NCBI GenBank assembly: GCA_030264375.1
Contig: JASCQW010000043.1
Span: forward strand, 82,750,494 to 82,814,493
Direction: 5' to 3'
DNA: 64,000 bases
Source of the DNA: Carcharhinus longimanus
Lineage: Eukaryota
Both the position numbers and the translations under genes were made by a program. Numbering within the stretch: position 1 is the stretch's first letter; each line of letters starts with the position of its first letter. The notes below the pieces were generated by a model. The model searched no databases and was not told the origin of the DNA. It saw nothing but the letters and a program-made list of their open reading frames with translations. Of the stretch, positions 24,461 to 38,014 are shown piece by piece.

Positions 24461-25737
24461 AGGCAAACAGTTGTGCCTCGTGGTATAATCACTAGATTAT
24501 TAATCTAGTACCTTTTAACACTTCAAAGTGACATTACAAGATATGGGGGCTGGTTAGATCCGTCGCCTAAAAGGCTAGTATGTGGCTCAGAATAATGACA
24601 ACAGTACACGTTTGATTCCCATTCTGGCTGAAGTAGACTTGGGGCCTGCCTTCTCACCCTGAATGCAAGTGAAAAGTGTAAACTACCACTGACAAACTGC
24701 CATGGAAATGGCTGTGGATGAGGCCTGTGTGACAATAAGCCAAGGACCTGCCTTTCGAAGGGACACGCAGTAAGGAATGAATTACTGGATCAAGCAAAGA
24801 AGACAAATATGCTTCATCGCAAGCGGATGAGGTTATTGACTTTGCACTCCATTTTTCTGACTTTGCCATTTAAACAGTATCCTTTCTTTTGGCCCAAAGA
24901 GACTGTGGGGAGGGACAATTTATTCTGTGGTTAAATGTAATAGACAGGTGTAGAAAATTACTTAAATACATTAATACAGTGCTGAGTTCTCTATCACAAA
25001 GAGAAAGTTTTCATCTTTGCTCCTTAACTATAATGCTGGCAGGCATTGTAAATCTCCTCAAGCATTGTCCCCTCGTTTACAAAACTTAATGTCATCCGCT
25101 CCTCAAAATAAACCTCAACTCCTTCGTTCTTACAAACTGCTGCCCATCTCCAACCTCTCTTTCCTTCCATGTCTCTGGATTGTGATTTTTACAGACATTT
25201 GCCCGTATTGCCATGTTTGATTCTGTCCAATAAGGCTACTTTCTTGGTCGTGAAAAGGCCCTAATCAATGTTTCGAATGTTGTGCTGTGACTGTTCTCTC
25301 TACTTCCCCCGAGCTGTCTGCAGCTTTCCACAGGGTCAACCACATCTTTCCCTTCAAGACCAGCTCTGTTATCCAGCTTGATAGATTGCCCTCGCTTGAT
25401 TCCATTCTTCATACTGGAGCAACTCCAGCAATGGCCTTTTTTCCAACACTCTCTGCTGTTAGTTAATACTGGATTCCCCCAAGTAGCTTGTTTTTGGATT
25501 CCCTGCTGCACATCAGCCAAGTGCTGCCTGTCAACATTGTCATTTGAAGGGATGGAGTTAGATTCCTTGTGTAATAATGATGTCACAAACCCTTTTTCAA
25601 CCCCCGGTGGCTTCTGCACTTGGATTGCTTGTTCATTATCCAGTATTGAATAGGTTGCGATTTCTTTCAATTAACCATTTGAAAGACAAAAACAATTATT
25701 GTCATTTTAAAGTCCATACCTTTGAACTTCATTCTGT

Positions 25738-25739
<2 letters not shown>

Positions 25740-25808
<69 letters not shown>

Positions 25809-25867
25809 NNNNNNNNNNNNNNNNNNNNNNNNNNNNNNNNNNNNNNNNNNNNNNNNNNNNNNNNNNN
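25740..25867. other. Poly-G run plus N gap (probable sequencing/assembly artefact)
   Basis: 69 consecutive G directly abutting an N gap. Confidence 0.85.
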
Positions 25868-26354
25868 CATGCCTTTGGAACTGGAATATTCCAGAGCTAT
25901 TTCTCCTCCGTACTTATCCAAAACTCTGCTGCCCATGTCTAATTCCTACACCTTGTACTATTTACCCATTGGTCCTGACTTGAATCTGTCCATTGCCTGC
26001 TAGGCCACCCAATTCATCCAGTTTAAGATTCTCGTCCTTGTTCTTATATCTCTTTAATAGCCTTCGGTTATGTCATTGATGGGTCCTTTCCAGGATATTC
26101 CACTATGATCTGTATTTAGTTTTGAGGATATATAACAAGTATGATGTATGATTACAATAATGCACCTCATCAATAATGTTGCTGGACTCTTGAGTATTTG
26201 CATACTTCGCAATGTACTCCTAGCTATCCACCTGATGTGTAATATATACATGGGGAGAATTTCTAAGTAATTAACTGCAAATTTCAAAATGTTACACCTT
26301 TTTGCTGCAGTACTGTTGCTCCATACTGAAAAATTGCCTTGTTCCATTTAACAG

Positions 26355-26522
26355 GTGCAGGAACTGAGCAGCGTTTATGTATCCAAACTGCCAGAAGTCT
26401 TCTGACTTCTACAAATTCATCAACTTTAAAGATTGTGGACTCCAGTGAGACCTCACCACGACAGGAAGGTACAAATCTGCAAACTGTCTTAACCAACCAA
26501 CAAGCAACATCTGCACCTCATG
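26355..26522 (+). CDS. KANK1: KANK1 exon 4 equivalent (variable linker)
   Basis: ttccatttaacag|GTGCAGG ... CATG|gtatgt. 168 nt, phase 1-1, open frame. SPRQEGTNLQTVLTNQQ resembles the mammalian PTQEGTLSPVNLTDDQ segment as I recall it. Confidence 0.85.
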
Positions 26523-26671
26523 GTATGTATTGTGATGAACCGCATGACAAGTGTTGCCTTCAAGAGCGAACAGGCTCCTTGAGCACCAGTCTAATAAGAG
26601 CAGTCTGTGGTGACTTAACTGCAATTTCAATTAAATGAAACCCAAAGCTGAACAGTACTGTTAATAACATA

Positions 26672-26966
26672 GGGCAGCACGATGGCAGAATAATTAGTAC
26701 TGCAGCCTCACAGCGCCAGGGACCCGGGTTCGATTCCCGGCTTTGGTCACCACGCAGAGTCTGCACGTTCTCCCCTGTCTGCATGGGTTTCCTCTGGGTG
26801 CTCCGGTTTCCCCTCGGTCCAAAAGACATGTGGTTAGATGCATTGGCCATGCTAAATTCTCCCTCAGTTACCCGAACAGGTGCTGGAGTGTGACAACTAG
26901 GGGATTTTCACAATAACTTCATGGCGGTGTTAATGTAAGCATACTTGCGACACTAATAAATAAACT
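26672..26966 (+). mobile_element. tRNA-derived V-SINE, full length
   Basis: ggcagcacgatggca head, B-box gggttcgattcccgg, V-domain and cactaataaataaac tail. Confidence 0.9.
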
Positions 26967-27319
26967 CGCAAGCTTAAAAATATTAGAAACTCGAGCTCTC
27001 TTTTTCCCATTTCTGGGATGACCTCTTCCAGTGCTAATGGACTTGCATCAAATGTAAAAAAAAAACTTAAAACTTTTAACACTTTTCAGTTGTTAAACTA
27101 ATTTTCAAAAGCTGTTCTAAGAACGTTTCAATATTTAACGACTATAAATCTCAGCAGATGATTTATTGTCTGTGCAAACGCCATATCACAGTTATTCATA
27201 TTTTCATTTTCCTGCTTTTGTCTCCAACCCTTCAATGTTTTTTTTCCAGAATGTTTAATTTAATTTCATCTCTCATGTCTTGATTAAAATTTAATCGGGG
27301 TCAACTTCCCCACACGTTG

Positions 27320-28700
27320 ATCATATCCGGCACTGCAATTCCAAAATTCCTTAGATTCAGGAACGCTCCCATTAGATTGGAAGTCGACAATTTTACATCA
27401 ATTTTCAAGCAAGGAGGGAGAGAGAAAACTGAGAGCTTCAGGCTTGTTAGCTAAACATTAAGTGTTGGGAAATGCTGGAATCTGTTATTAAAGAAGTCTT
27501 AACAATACACTTAGAAAAGCATAGTATGATTAGAACAAGTAAACATGTTTTTACTAAAGGGAAATGCTGTTCGACAGATTCATTATTTTTTTGATGGTGG
27601 AACTTAGAGTAGGAAGGGGGGAAACCAGTAGATGTAGTATACTTGGATTTCCAAAAAACAATTCAATTGTGGTGCCGTACAAAAGTTTAACAGGCAAGAT
27701 AAAGTCTCATGGAGTTGGAGATAATATACTAATATTTATAGAGGCTTGGTAGACACTGGGCATAAATGAAGCTTTTTATAAAGTGGTAGGCAGTGAATAG
27801 TGGATGCGACAAGGAGTAGAGCTGGGCTCTTAAATGAAACGACAATAACGTATCTGAGTTAGTTGATGACACCAAATTAGGTTAAAAGGTAATCTGTGGG
27901 GAGGAGACAGAAGTTGCAAAGAAAAGGGCAGGTTAAATGAGCAGGCAGCAAGATGACAGGTGGAGTGTACTGGGAGATGTGAAGTTATTCACTTTGTAAG
28001 AATAGAAAAGTGCAGTATTTTTAAAAGATGTGCACGTTCAAGTGCTAACGTTCAAAGAGACTTGGGTGTGTTCATATAAGGAATGCAGAAAGGTAGCATG
28101 CAGGTGCAGCAGCAATTACAAAGGCATGTTGGCCGTTGATGCAAGAAGATTAGAGTACAAGGATAAAGGCATTTCTACAATTGTATAGGGTTTTGATGAA
28201 TCTAAATTACTGCATGCAATTTTGGCCTCCACATTTAAAAGGATATACTTGCATTGGAGGTGATACAGTAAATATTTGTTAAATTGATCCCTAGGATGAG
28301 GGTTATCCTGTGATGAGGGATTGGGTTTTATATTTTGGGGTTTCAAAGTGTGAGATATAATCTCATTGATTTCTACAAAATCGTGCTGAGTGATTGTTTC
28401 CGCTGGTAAGGGAATTGAAAACATGGGAGCACAGTCTTGGGATACTGGTCAATCGTTTCAGACTGAGATGAGGAGAAATTCCTTCACCCAAATGGTTATG
28501 AATCTTTAAAATTCTTTTACCTCAGGGTTGTGAATGCTCCAGAGTTGAATACTGTGATAGACAGATTTTTGGTTTCTCAGAATTAAGGGATATGGGGAGC
28601 AGGTGTGAGAATAGAGTTGAAGCCCAAGATCAGCCGTGATTGTATTGACTGGCACAGCAGGCTCAATGAGTCTACTCTTGCTTCTGTTTCTAGTATTCAC
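27320..28700 (+). mobile_element. Decayed CR1 ORF2 (RT) and 3' end
   Basis: Remnants of PIFKKGGREK..RPVSL, QHGF.KGKSCLT, DV.YLDF.K.F and FADDTK motifs, plus a CR1 tail. Confidence 0.9.
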
Positions 28701-28944
28701 TGTTTCTTCAGCTCTGGCTTTCCACCACCTCACTGCCCTTTCAACAGCACATCTTACATCAAGTTTTGGTTGTTCCTTAACCTCATTCAGCTGAACATTG
28801 GGAAAACTGAAATCATGATCTTTGGCCTCTCACCACAACCATTTTCAATTGATGTCATTGCTATCTATTGACTCTTGCAGGTTGATGCAAACTGCACCTC
28901 TGTGTTCTGCTCAGTCCTTCAGTATTTCTGCAGGGATGTCAGTA

Positions 28945-29042
28945 GTGGTCATGATGTGGAGATGCCGGCGTTGGACTGGGGTAAACACCCTAAGAAGTCT
29001 GACAACACCAGGTTTAAGTCCAACTGATTTATTTGATAGTAA
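28945..29042. mobile_element. Penelope-like terminal repeat fragment at a gap
   Basis: tgtggagatgccggcgttggactggggtaaacac...caacaccaggtttaagtccaac, recognised from memory as a common shark repeat terminus. Confidence 0.5.
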
Positions 29043-29054
29043 NNNNNNNNNNCA

Positions 29055-30720
29055 GACTTCTTACTGCAGGGATGTTGCCAGAGCCCATAGCCTTTGCTGT
29101 ATCTACTGCCTTCAGCTGTTTATTAGCATCACTTGCAGTGATTCGAATTGGCTGAACCCTGGCATCTGTGATGCTGGGAACCTCAGGAGGATGCCAGGGT
29201 GGATCATCTACTTGGCACTTCTGGCTGAAGTTGGTTGCAGGTGCTTCAATATTGTCTTTCGCACTGGTGTATTGTGCTCTCCATCATTGAGATGGTGGCT
29301 GTTTGTTGAGCCACCTCATTCCAATAGTCCATCATTCACACCTTGATGTTGCAGGACTACAGAACTTTGGTCTGATTTGTTGGTTATGGATTTGCTTATC
29401 GCTGCCTACCTTGAGCATGCATGTAGTCTGGTATTTTAGCTTCACCAAGCTGACATCTAATTTTTAAGTATGCCTAGTGTTGCTCTGGGCCTGTCCTCCT
29501 ACACTCTTGAACCAGGTTTGGATACAATGACGGATATTCCAGGCCACGAGATTGCAATTGAATGCAGTGCCTCATGAATGCTGTGTTTTAAATTACTAGA
29601 TTTTTCCTGCTTCTATCCCATTCAGCACAGTGGTAGTGTCCAAAGACTGTGGTGGTCATTTCTATCAATGCTGTCATGGAAAGATGCATCTGAAACAGGT
29701 GTTAAGTTCAAGAATTCACTAACACCTCATGGTTTGGTACAAGCGTACAAGTTTATTAGGAGTTCCTTCTCTGTCTTGCGTGATGTTACTAGTCATCATC
29801 TTCTATTGTTCTCTCTCACTCTTATTCTACATTACTCCAAAGAACACCCATTTACATCCATTGGTCAATGCAACACGTTTGCAGAACTGACTGACACTAA
29901 TTGGTTCTGACTTCTGATCATACACTGCCCATGAATTAGTGATCTCTGCTAAGGTTAGCTGATCAGGATCTATAAATGTATGCAGCAGTCTCATACTATT
30001 GTAACATGCCCCAGCACAAGTAAAACCTTAGCATGATTTATCCTGTGAGAAAATGTTAGTACAAATACATTGTGGAAAATATTATTTAAAAAAACAGTTG
30101 GTTTTCCACACAGGAATGTTGGGGAGGGTGAGATAGCATCAGCTTATACCTCTTATTTGGCTAGCAGATATGTCCTTCAGAACAAAACCAGCTCAGTCAG
30201 TAGCGATGCTACCGAGCCACTCGTGGTGATGGGAATTGAAATCCTCCGCCCAGAGTACATTCCGTACCCTTGCTACCTGTAGTGTTTTTCTAATTGGTGT
30301 TTGATATGGAGGAGGTAATTTGGTGGCAATTAGCAAGAGGTTTCCATCCATGTTTGACCTAATGCCATTCAATTCCTGGTGTCTAGAGTTGATGTTGAGA
30401 ACCCCTGGGCCACTGCAGTGTGATCGTATAACGCTCTGCTGCTGTCACCTCTGGTGAGTCTGTCTTTCTGCCAGAAAGGATATAACTAGGGATGATGATC
30501 GAGGAGTTTGAGACATTGCCTGTAGGGTATGATCTGGCAAGTATAACTGTCAGATTGTTCTAATTTGAGCACAAGTCCCCAGATGTTAATAAGACGGACT
30601 TTACAGGAACAACTAGGCAGGGTGAGTTGCTGTTGTTGTTTCTGGTGCCTTGATTGATATTGGATGACCCAATTCATTTTATTCTTTTTTGATATATCTG
30701 TAGCAGTTTGGACAAGCTAA
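29055..30720 (-). mobile_element. Fragmented non-LTR LINE with internal insertion(s)
   Basis: Decayed endonuclease/RT-like segments at 29055-29700 and 30270-30720 (LINIWGLVLKL). Unrelated LTR-like block tgttaag...tgtaaca at 29700-30006. Confidence 0.55.
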
Positions 30721-30789
30721 ATGGTCAAAGTTGAGACTTGATTACATCAGTAGAATGATTCATATCAGATATGCTCAAGTGATCAAGAT

Positions 30790-31095
30790 TAGAGAAGTGC
30801 AGATACCTTGGAGGGCTATAAGGTTGAAGGAATTTAGAGGTACAGAGAAATGAGGCCAAGAAGAGATTTGAAAGCTCAGATAAGACTTTTCAAATCAAGA
30901 TATTGCCAAACTGGGAGCCAGTATATATCAGCCCAGAGGTGATGGATTAGTTGAGTTAGGATCCAGGCAAGAGCTTTGAATGCCCTCAAGTTTGCAAAAC
31001 GTATAACATAGGAAGTAGCAATGGCATGAATGACAGTTTTTGCATCAGATGCAGTCAGGCCAGAATTGGGACAGATGATGTTACAGAGGTAGATC
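30790..31095 (-). mobile_element. L2 LINE fragment
   Basis: DAKTVIHAIATS...WLPVWQYLDLK resembles L2 ORF2 (DAETLIHAFVTS...LHWLPV..RI.FK). Confidence 0.7.
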
Positions 31096-31387
31096 ATCTG
31101 TCATCTATTTGGTTGCTCTCTATTTCCCCTTTGTGGGAATGTACTCAGATTATTTTGTCAGGAAAACAGAAGTAATTTTNNNNNNNNNNNNNNNNNNNNN
31201 NNNNNNNNNNNNNNNNNNNNNNNNNNNNNNNNNNNNNNNNNNNNNNNNNNNNNNNNNNNNNNNNNNNNNNNNNNNNNNNTTTAAGTGATCTACATTTGTA
31301 CTATTAAATATTAGAAATAAGGTATAGATTTAAGTGGGTTTAATTTTGTGTTGCTGTGTAAGCAAGGGTAAATCTATTCACGTTTAT

Positions 31388-31737
31388 GGCGATATGATGG
31401 CCTAATGGTATTAATTCTAGACTATTAATCCAGAAACCCAGCTAATGTGCTGGGGACCTGGGTTCGAATCCCCAGATGTGGAATTGAATTCAGTTTAAAA
31501 GAAAATCTACTGATGACTGTGAAACCATTGTCAATTGTCGGAAAAACCCATATGGTTCATTTAATGTCCTTTAGGGAAGGAAATCTTCTATCCTTACCTG
31601 GTCTGGCCTGCATGTGACTCCAGAGCCACAGCAGTGTGATTGACTCTCAACTGCCATCTGTACAAGGGCAATTAGGGATGGGTAATACATGTTGGCCAGC
31701 CAGCGATGCCAATATCCTACAAATGAATTTAAAAAAA
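31388..31737 (+). mobile_element. tRNA-derived SINE with LINE-derived tail
   Basis: A-box tggcctaatggta, B-box gggttcgaatccc. The tail gggcaattagggatggg...aatgaatttaaaaaaa is shared with the LINE at 44270-45000. Confidence 0.85.
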
Positions 31738-32398
31738 TACAAGTCAAAGGAGGTATTTCCATCTGGGGGTTTTTGGTTTCATTTAGCATTCTGCTTCTAT
31801 TGTGCTTAGAGAGGGTTATGCTGTGTGAACAAGTTAGAAGTAGAAGTCGTTACTCATCAACCAGGGATACATTAGGTTAGAAAGGCTCTTTGAGTGTAGT
31901 TTTGGCTGATTTTCCAGCGGTTGGATTTGGAGGGCTAGAGAGGGATCATCTCTCAGCTTTGCTAGAAAAAAGAGTAGTGGTCAAGAAAGCAAGAGCAGTA
32001 AAATACAGAAGTAAAGAAAAGTTTCCAAGATATCTGAAGTTGAAGGAGCAGGAAACAAAGCCTTTGGGAACAGAATGGATGTTGTATCTGGAAGTTAAAG
32101 GCAGTACTGGAAGAAAAAAGCTGATGAGGTTGGCTACAGCCAACCACATATCTGAAACAATTTTAAGGGTTGGTATACTTACTTCGTATGTTTAAAGCAA
32201 TATATCATGTTTTGGACTGAATACCTGAGTTTGTGAAAAAGCGTTTGAGACAAAGGAAACCTGAAAGGTAAGCTGGAAAATCTAGAACTGGTTTATTGTA
32301 AGTGGAGTGGACCTTGTTTTTTTTGAAGGGTAGTTGGAAACTCAGGAGTGGATTCTTAATGAAAGCAGCTGATAGAAAGCATTCATAAGATAAAATAA

Positions 32399-32709
32399 AA
32401 TCATAGAATCCCTACTGTGCAGAAGGAGGCCATTCAGCCCATTGAGTCTGCACTAACAATAATCCCACCTCAGCCCTATCTCCTTAACCCAACATATTTA
32501 TTCCACTAATCCCTCTAACCTACACATTCCGTGACACCAAGGTGCATGGCCAGTGTACCTAAGCCACACATTTTTGGACTATAGGAGGAAACCGGAGCAC
32601 CTGGAGAAAACCCATGCAGACGTGGAGAATGTGCAAACTCCACACAGACGGAGACCCATGCCGGGAATCGAACCCGGGTCCCTGGAGCAGTGCTAACCAC
32701 TCTGCCCAT
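32399..32709 (-). mobile_element. HE1-like V-SINE
   Basis: Reverse tRNA head cgggaatcgaacccgggtccctgg and tail atcatagaatccctac. Confidence 0.9.
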
Positions 32710-33021
32710 TGTTGGAAAGAAGATTCTGAAGCATGATATTTTGGGAGTGGAGTTTGGAAAAACTCATGACCATCATCTAGGGGCAATTGAGCAGAAATCC
32801 ATGGAAGATCGCAGGGGGAGTATTGTATAATAATTAAACTTNNNNNNNNNNTGTTAAAACTAATTCCGGGTCCTGGGATTCCATTCCTGCACATTTTCTT
32901 TAAACAAAATTACAATCTTTGGAGCCAGGGTTCCATTCTGGAACTAGTTGAGATCATAACAATCTCCTCCCTTAAAGACTGCACACTGCTGCATTTATAT
33001 TTCTGACTCCCAGTCTTCAAT

Positions 33022-33741
33022 TTAGGTTTACTCATGAATACTCCAGTGAGAAGGAACACAGCTATATGTCACAATTGAAAACAAAATTACTTTCAACTCA
33101 TGAGACCACTTGAACCTAAATGTTTAGCCTCCTCTCTGCAATCTGTTTTAATTAAATATTGACAAATTAGCTTGATGCAACAGTACAACATGGCTTTGTG
33201 TAATCTTCATTTGTGCACTGTACCTTTTTGACTGAAAACTACTTCATTCAATATCTGATTAAATGAAAAGAATCAAGGAACAAATAGCAAGTTTTATTAA
33301 ACGTCAATGTGTATGATTCACCATGGCTTCAAAGGATCTAAAACTGTAACCTGAAAATCTTGTTTGAGCAGATGTGGAATAATATTAGCAAAAGGTCACT
33401 TGCAGGGTGTGCTTCTTATTTTTTGTATACTTACCAGGAAACCAGAGTGCATTTTAAGAACTCGTTGTGTTAAAGTGTGTGACAGTTTTCCTTTTGCCAT
33501 TAGTCTTAAAGCCTTCCTGTATCACGTATCATATCTGCTTGAGAGATTAGGTTTATCCATGAATACTCCAGCGTGAGGAACATGGCTATTTGTCACAACT
33601 GAAAACAAAATTACTTTCAACTGATGAGACAGATGAAGAAGGGTGATACCAATTAAGCCTAAATGTTGAGCCTCTTCATTGATCAAGTAATCACTTACGT
33701 TTCCTCTGCAGTTTGTATGAACAAAATGTTGCCAAACAGCC
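33022..33741 (+). repeat. Local direct duplication (33022-33171 vs 33547-33741)
   Basis: ttaggttta..catgaatactccag...gtcacaa(t/c)tgaaaacaaaattactttcaact(c/g)atgagac is present twice. Confidence 0.9.
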
Positions 33742-33981
33742 AATTCTCAGATGAATGCAGTTCTTGAATCCGGTTCTTAAAAATTGCACCAGAATGGCCC
33801 AAGGTGCTTCTCATTATAGGGCATTGTCTTACTTCTGTTCTTGACATGTCCCATCACACAGCGATACTGTGAAGCCATCCAGTATGAACTTGAAAGCATA
33901 AATCTTTGGCTTATTAGAACTTTAAAACCTTGAGTCTTGTGCTGCAGAAGAATTATATTTTTAAATCTTCAGATCCTGTGG

Positions 33982-34303
33982 ATCACAGAATCCTGACAAT
34001 GCAGAAGGAGGCCATTCAGCCCATCAATTTTGCACCAACTATTACCCAAACCCTATCCCGTATTTTACCCCACTAATCCCCCTAACCTATATTTATCTTT
34101 GGACACTAAGGGCAATTTTCAATGACCAATCCACCTAACCTGCGCATCTTTGGAGTGTGGGAGGAAACCAGAGCACCCAGAAGAAACCTGTGCAGACACG
34201 GGGAGAACATGCAAACTCCAAACATACAGTCACCCAAGGATGGAATTGAATCTGCATCACTGGCGCTGTGAGGAAAAAGCGCTAACCACTCTGCCACTGT
34301 GCC
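33982..34303 (-). mobile_element. HE1-like V-SINE
   Basis: Same diagnostic head, V-domain and tail on the reverse strand. Confidence 0.9.
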
Positions 34304-34781
34304 ATCCACATGGTGATAATAAATACAATAACGCAGACACATATTAATAGCATGCTGAATGCTTCACTTAATAAAATGTAACATAATCTCCTTTCTTGTT
34401 GCCCTAGCTTAATGCTATTTTCAAATGTCGTTGCTTTTCACAAGCGTTAGGATTGAATTGGCCCTTTATATTATCTTTATATTATATCTCTTCTCCCTTT
34501 ACTTAAGATATCTTTCCTCCTCATCTACTTCCTTCCATATTTTGCACCATTTCCTTCCTCTGCTCAGGAAAGTTGTTCTGTGGGAAATTGCTGAGTGGGA
34601 CACAGGTATTTCATTCTGCATGCAGTAAGTGAGTGAATGTGCCTGTGTACTGGGCTTGTGGATAAACGATAGCATCACTATTTGGTAGTACAACTTTCAC
34701 CATTTTGTCAGGAATGGCGATTTTATACTCTGTACGTGATGAGCATCTTTCACATATCCTGCCTTAAACACTTTTTTGCAG

Positions 34782-34896
34782 TACCTCCTAACAGTACTGG
34801 TGCGCTGAAATCCATTATGAAGAAAAAAGATAGCCCCAGAAAGCATGAAGCAAATGGCACAAAGAAGAACCTTCAGTTCGTTGGTGTCAATGGAGG
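34782..34896 (+). CDS. KANK1: KANK1 exon 5 equivalent
   Basis: ttttttgcag|TACCT ... GGAGG|gtgagt. Encodes LKSIMKKKD...KKNLQFVGVNGG, the KANK family signature. 115 nt. Confidence 0.97.
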
Positions 34897-35639
34897 GTGA
34901 GTGTGAAGTCTTCTCTGTTATAATTCGATGAATTTGTCCTGAATAACCACAAATTACTACAAAGGAGTAGGGGAGTTTGAATTTGTTTCATTCTCCACAG
35001 CAAATCTCTCTAATAAACAGTACATGGTTTGTTCAGCTGAAATAGAATGGCAAATTTATTACTTAAGCATTTGGAAAGCTTGAAAAGCTGACAAAATTCA
35101 GACAGCTGGATTTTACTGAAGGGAATTGTGTCGTCTCTATAATAAATACATACTATGGCATTCTGAATTAATTTTATGATTTGACTTTGTATGAAAATGA
35201 TGCTTGTGTAAAAGAAAAGGCTAAGAAACTGTTAATCTCTGTGTGGTGCATGTATGGTCAAAGTATGTAAGCCAACGGTACTGTAAACATTCCCTCTAAT
35301 GGGCGTTACTGGCGATGTAGCTGCAGTAGCCTGTCAATCCCTCCATTAAACACTTGCACTGGAATGAACTGTCCATCTTTGCTATCTCAGTTCAAAAGAA
35401 AAATAAACCTCAGCTATTAACTGAATATTTAGATCAAGTGAATTTGAATGAAGACTTCCTCCAGTGAAACTTTTATGTTGCAGTAAACATTTGCAAGCAA
35501 ACTATAATTTTGGAAAAAGGCCATTTGGCTTTAATTGCTCTCTTGATAGCAATTTTGACAGACTAACTACGCTGTATAAAGTTTTCATTAAATTTCATTG
35601 CTGAATTTGAGTGACAATCTTTACTGTTCTAAATTTTAG

Positions 35640-36130
35640 ATTGTCCCACAAGTGGAAATAATTTCTCTTCTACCCCATCAAACCCCTTTATAATTTTGCC
35701 ATTAGATCTCTTTTCTAGAGACCTCTTTCCTAGAGAAAGGAACCCCAGTCATATTCCCTCTTTCCTGATGGTTGCATATAACCTTCCAGTTTTGATATCA
35801 TTTGCTGTACCTTTTACAGTGCATCTATACACTTTTTGTATTGCAGAGACTAAAATTGCATACTGTGGTCCAAATAAACATAAATTCCCTGCTTTTCAAT
35901 ACAATTCCTGTACAAATTAGCCCAGTGTGATGTTTGCATTTTTATTGCCTGGTTAGCCTGTGTTGCTACTTTTTAACTATTTGTGAATCTGTCCCCTGGA
36001 TCTCTTGATCCTCATACTGCATTTTGACTCCTCTTTCCCAATAGTATGCAGCCTACTTATGTTTTCTACCAAATTGCATCAACCACGACTTAGTGAGATT
36101 ATTTTTGCCAATTGCGCACCCATTCTGTAA
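35640..36130 (-). mobile_element. Highly decayed CR1 fragment
   Basis: Residual RT C-terminal motifs on the reverse strand. Confidence 0.6.
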
Positions 36131-36919
36131 ATTTATTAACATATTTTTTTCTCCCCACCCTGCTCTTTCCACTCACCAAAATAATTGTAAACTGATAATG
36201 GCAATTTTTTTCTGCCCATCCTTCAAAATGACAATATAGAATCGCTAAAGCAAGCAACTATATTTTAAAATACAATTTCTTTATAGTAGCATCATTAATT
36301 TGAAGCAATGGTAGTAATTTTTGCTGATGTCTCATATCCGATGCATCATAATATCAAAAAGAATGAAGCAATTCTGTAGTTTACAGATGCTTCATAAAAG
36401 ACGAATGAAACTTGGTGTCTGCCACACATGTAGATTTGGTGTCAAATTAATTGCCATACTGACATTAGCCAAATAATATTATTGTTCACAGTGACTCCTC
36501 TCAACTTGATCCCCTTGTATTCCTCATTCTATCACCATGGCCTTGGTTATCTTTCCGCACTGTCTTCCTCCCTGAATCTGTCTTTAAATAAATCTCTGAC
36601 TCCCCTAATTTCATGCTAGCTCTCTTGTGCATTTAGACATCTTGCCCCTTTCCTTCGTGTTACTGTTTTCCCATTCTTCCCTAATTGGAACGAAATTTTG
36701 GCTGAGGCCCAAAGACACCACCATTGGGAAGTTGGCTAAATCAAATGTCTGCATGTTCTGTGAAGCACAGAGCTGCTGCTATCTAAGAAGTTAAAAAGTT
36801 TATTACCATAATATCGGGTGGCCATACAATTCTGGGGCAACTGAAATAATAGTGCAAGAAATGGTAGCTGAAATGACACTGCAAGACTTGAGAGCACTGG
36901 AGAAGAAAGTTATTCACCA

Positions 36920-37015
36920 GAATTCCACAGGAATCAGAACCGGCAAGGGGCGGGTAATGGGAAGGTCTGTTGACATTAGGCGAGTTTTCCAGATTCCAGC
37001 TGTAAAAGCCCGCCC
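36920..37015. mobile_element. Partial MITE (same family as 61478-61605)
   Basis: ccacaggaat...ggcaaggggc...aatgggaaggtc..ttgac...gtaaaagcccgccc. Confidence 0.7.
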
Positions 37016-37780
37016 ATTGTGTTTGGTAAGGAGGTACTAGGGCTCATGGGAGTGAAATGGGTGCAGAGGTAAATCAGAAAGATCCCGGGGAGAATTTGGT
37101 ATGTGAGGAGTGGGAGAGAGTTGTTAGGTGGGTGGAGTTGGAAAGTGAACTCAGTGTAAAATGTACTGGAGGTGGTGGGAATGAGGAAGATTGATTCTTG
37201 GGCTGGAAATAGTGGGAGCAGATTGTGGGTGTTCAGACAATGCTGGGTTCTGCCTGAGGACTGGTCTACTACAGGGAAAAGCATGAGTGGTTGAAAGTGG
37301 TGAGATGGCATTAAGGAGGAGAGAGAATGAAGAGCGGTCGAAACAATGACAGCAAGAAAGTTGTTTGCAATGGGTGGGGTGGGGGATGGTGGGAGGAGAG
37401 TGCTGCAGGGGCACAACATATTCCTTAAAAGGGGTTCCTGAATAGTGATTGACAAGCAAATGTGCTTGTATATGTGTTTCATTTTTCTCACTGCGCAAAT
37501 GAAATTTAAGGGATAATATTTCTAACCCATAAATGCAGATAACTTTCCAGTGTTTGCACAGCAATGCCACAGGTGAAAATGTTATACTTGCCTTTTTAGG
37601 TATGATAGCACTTTCATTTCAAAACAATTGACTGTGCAAGTTGGCAGAACATTTGCAAATAATTTGTGCACCCTCTGTACCAGGCACTTTATTACAGCTA
37701 TTTGGCTTCTAGCCAGATATACTGTTCCGGTTGCAGTCTATAATTACCCAAAGTATATCGAGTGATTTTTATTCTCTTAG

Positions 37781-38014
37781 GTATGAAACCACATCCAGTG
37801 ATGATTCCAGTTCAGACGAAAGCTCATCTTCCGAGTCCGATGAGGAGTTTGAGGATCAAGATTATTCCAAGCATGAAGTTGAGATTAATCATGAAGTGCT
37901 ACCAGATGGACCTGATGTGTGTAGGACTGAGATTGCAAATGTATCAAATGAAAAAGAGATTGCAGCGTTGGAAGGAAATGAAAAGGAAGCTGACAAAGTG
38001 GAAATAAGGGAGAA
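37781..38014 (+). CDS. KANK1: KANK1 exon 6 equivalent (acidic/Ser-rich)
   Basis: attctcttag|GTATGAA encodes YETTSSDDSSSDESSSSESDEE...EIRE. Donor AA|gtataa is weak, but its phase 2 fits the next exon. 234 nt. Confidence 0.92.

Larger units (their letters stand above)
31297..32961 (+). mobile_element. Possible decayed solo LTR interrupted by two SINEs
   Basis: TG...CA ends (tgtact ... gatcataaca) and a purine-rich body. No TSD seen. Confidence 0.35.

Noticed and set aside
25577-26003. Poly-Gly and poly-Pro ORFs
   Set aside because: They are produced by a 69-nt poly-G run abutting an N gap, typical of no-signal base calls or an assembly artefact.
26672-26745. tRNA genes at the A/B-box motifs (also 31388, 9930, 32660)
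   Set aside because: They are SINE heads continuing into SINE bodies, with no complete cloverleaf.
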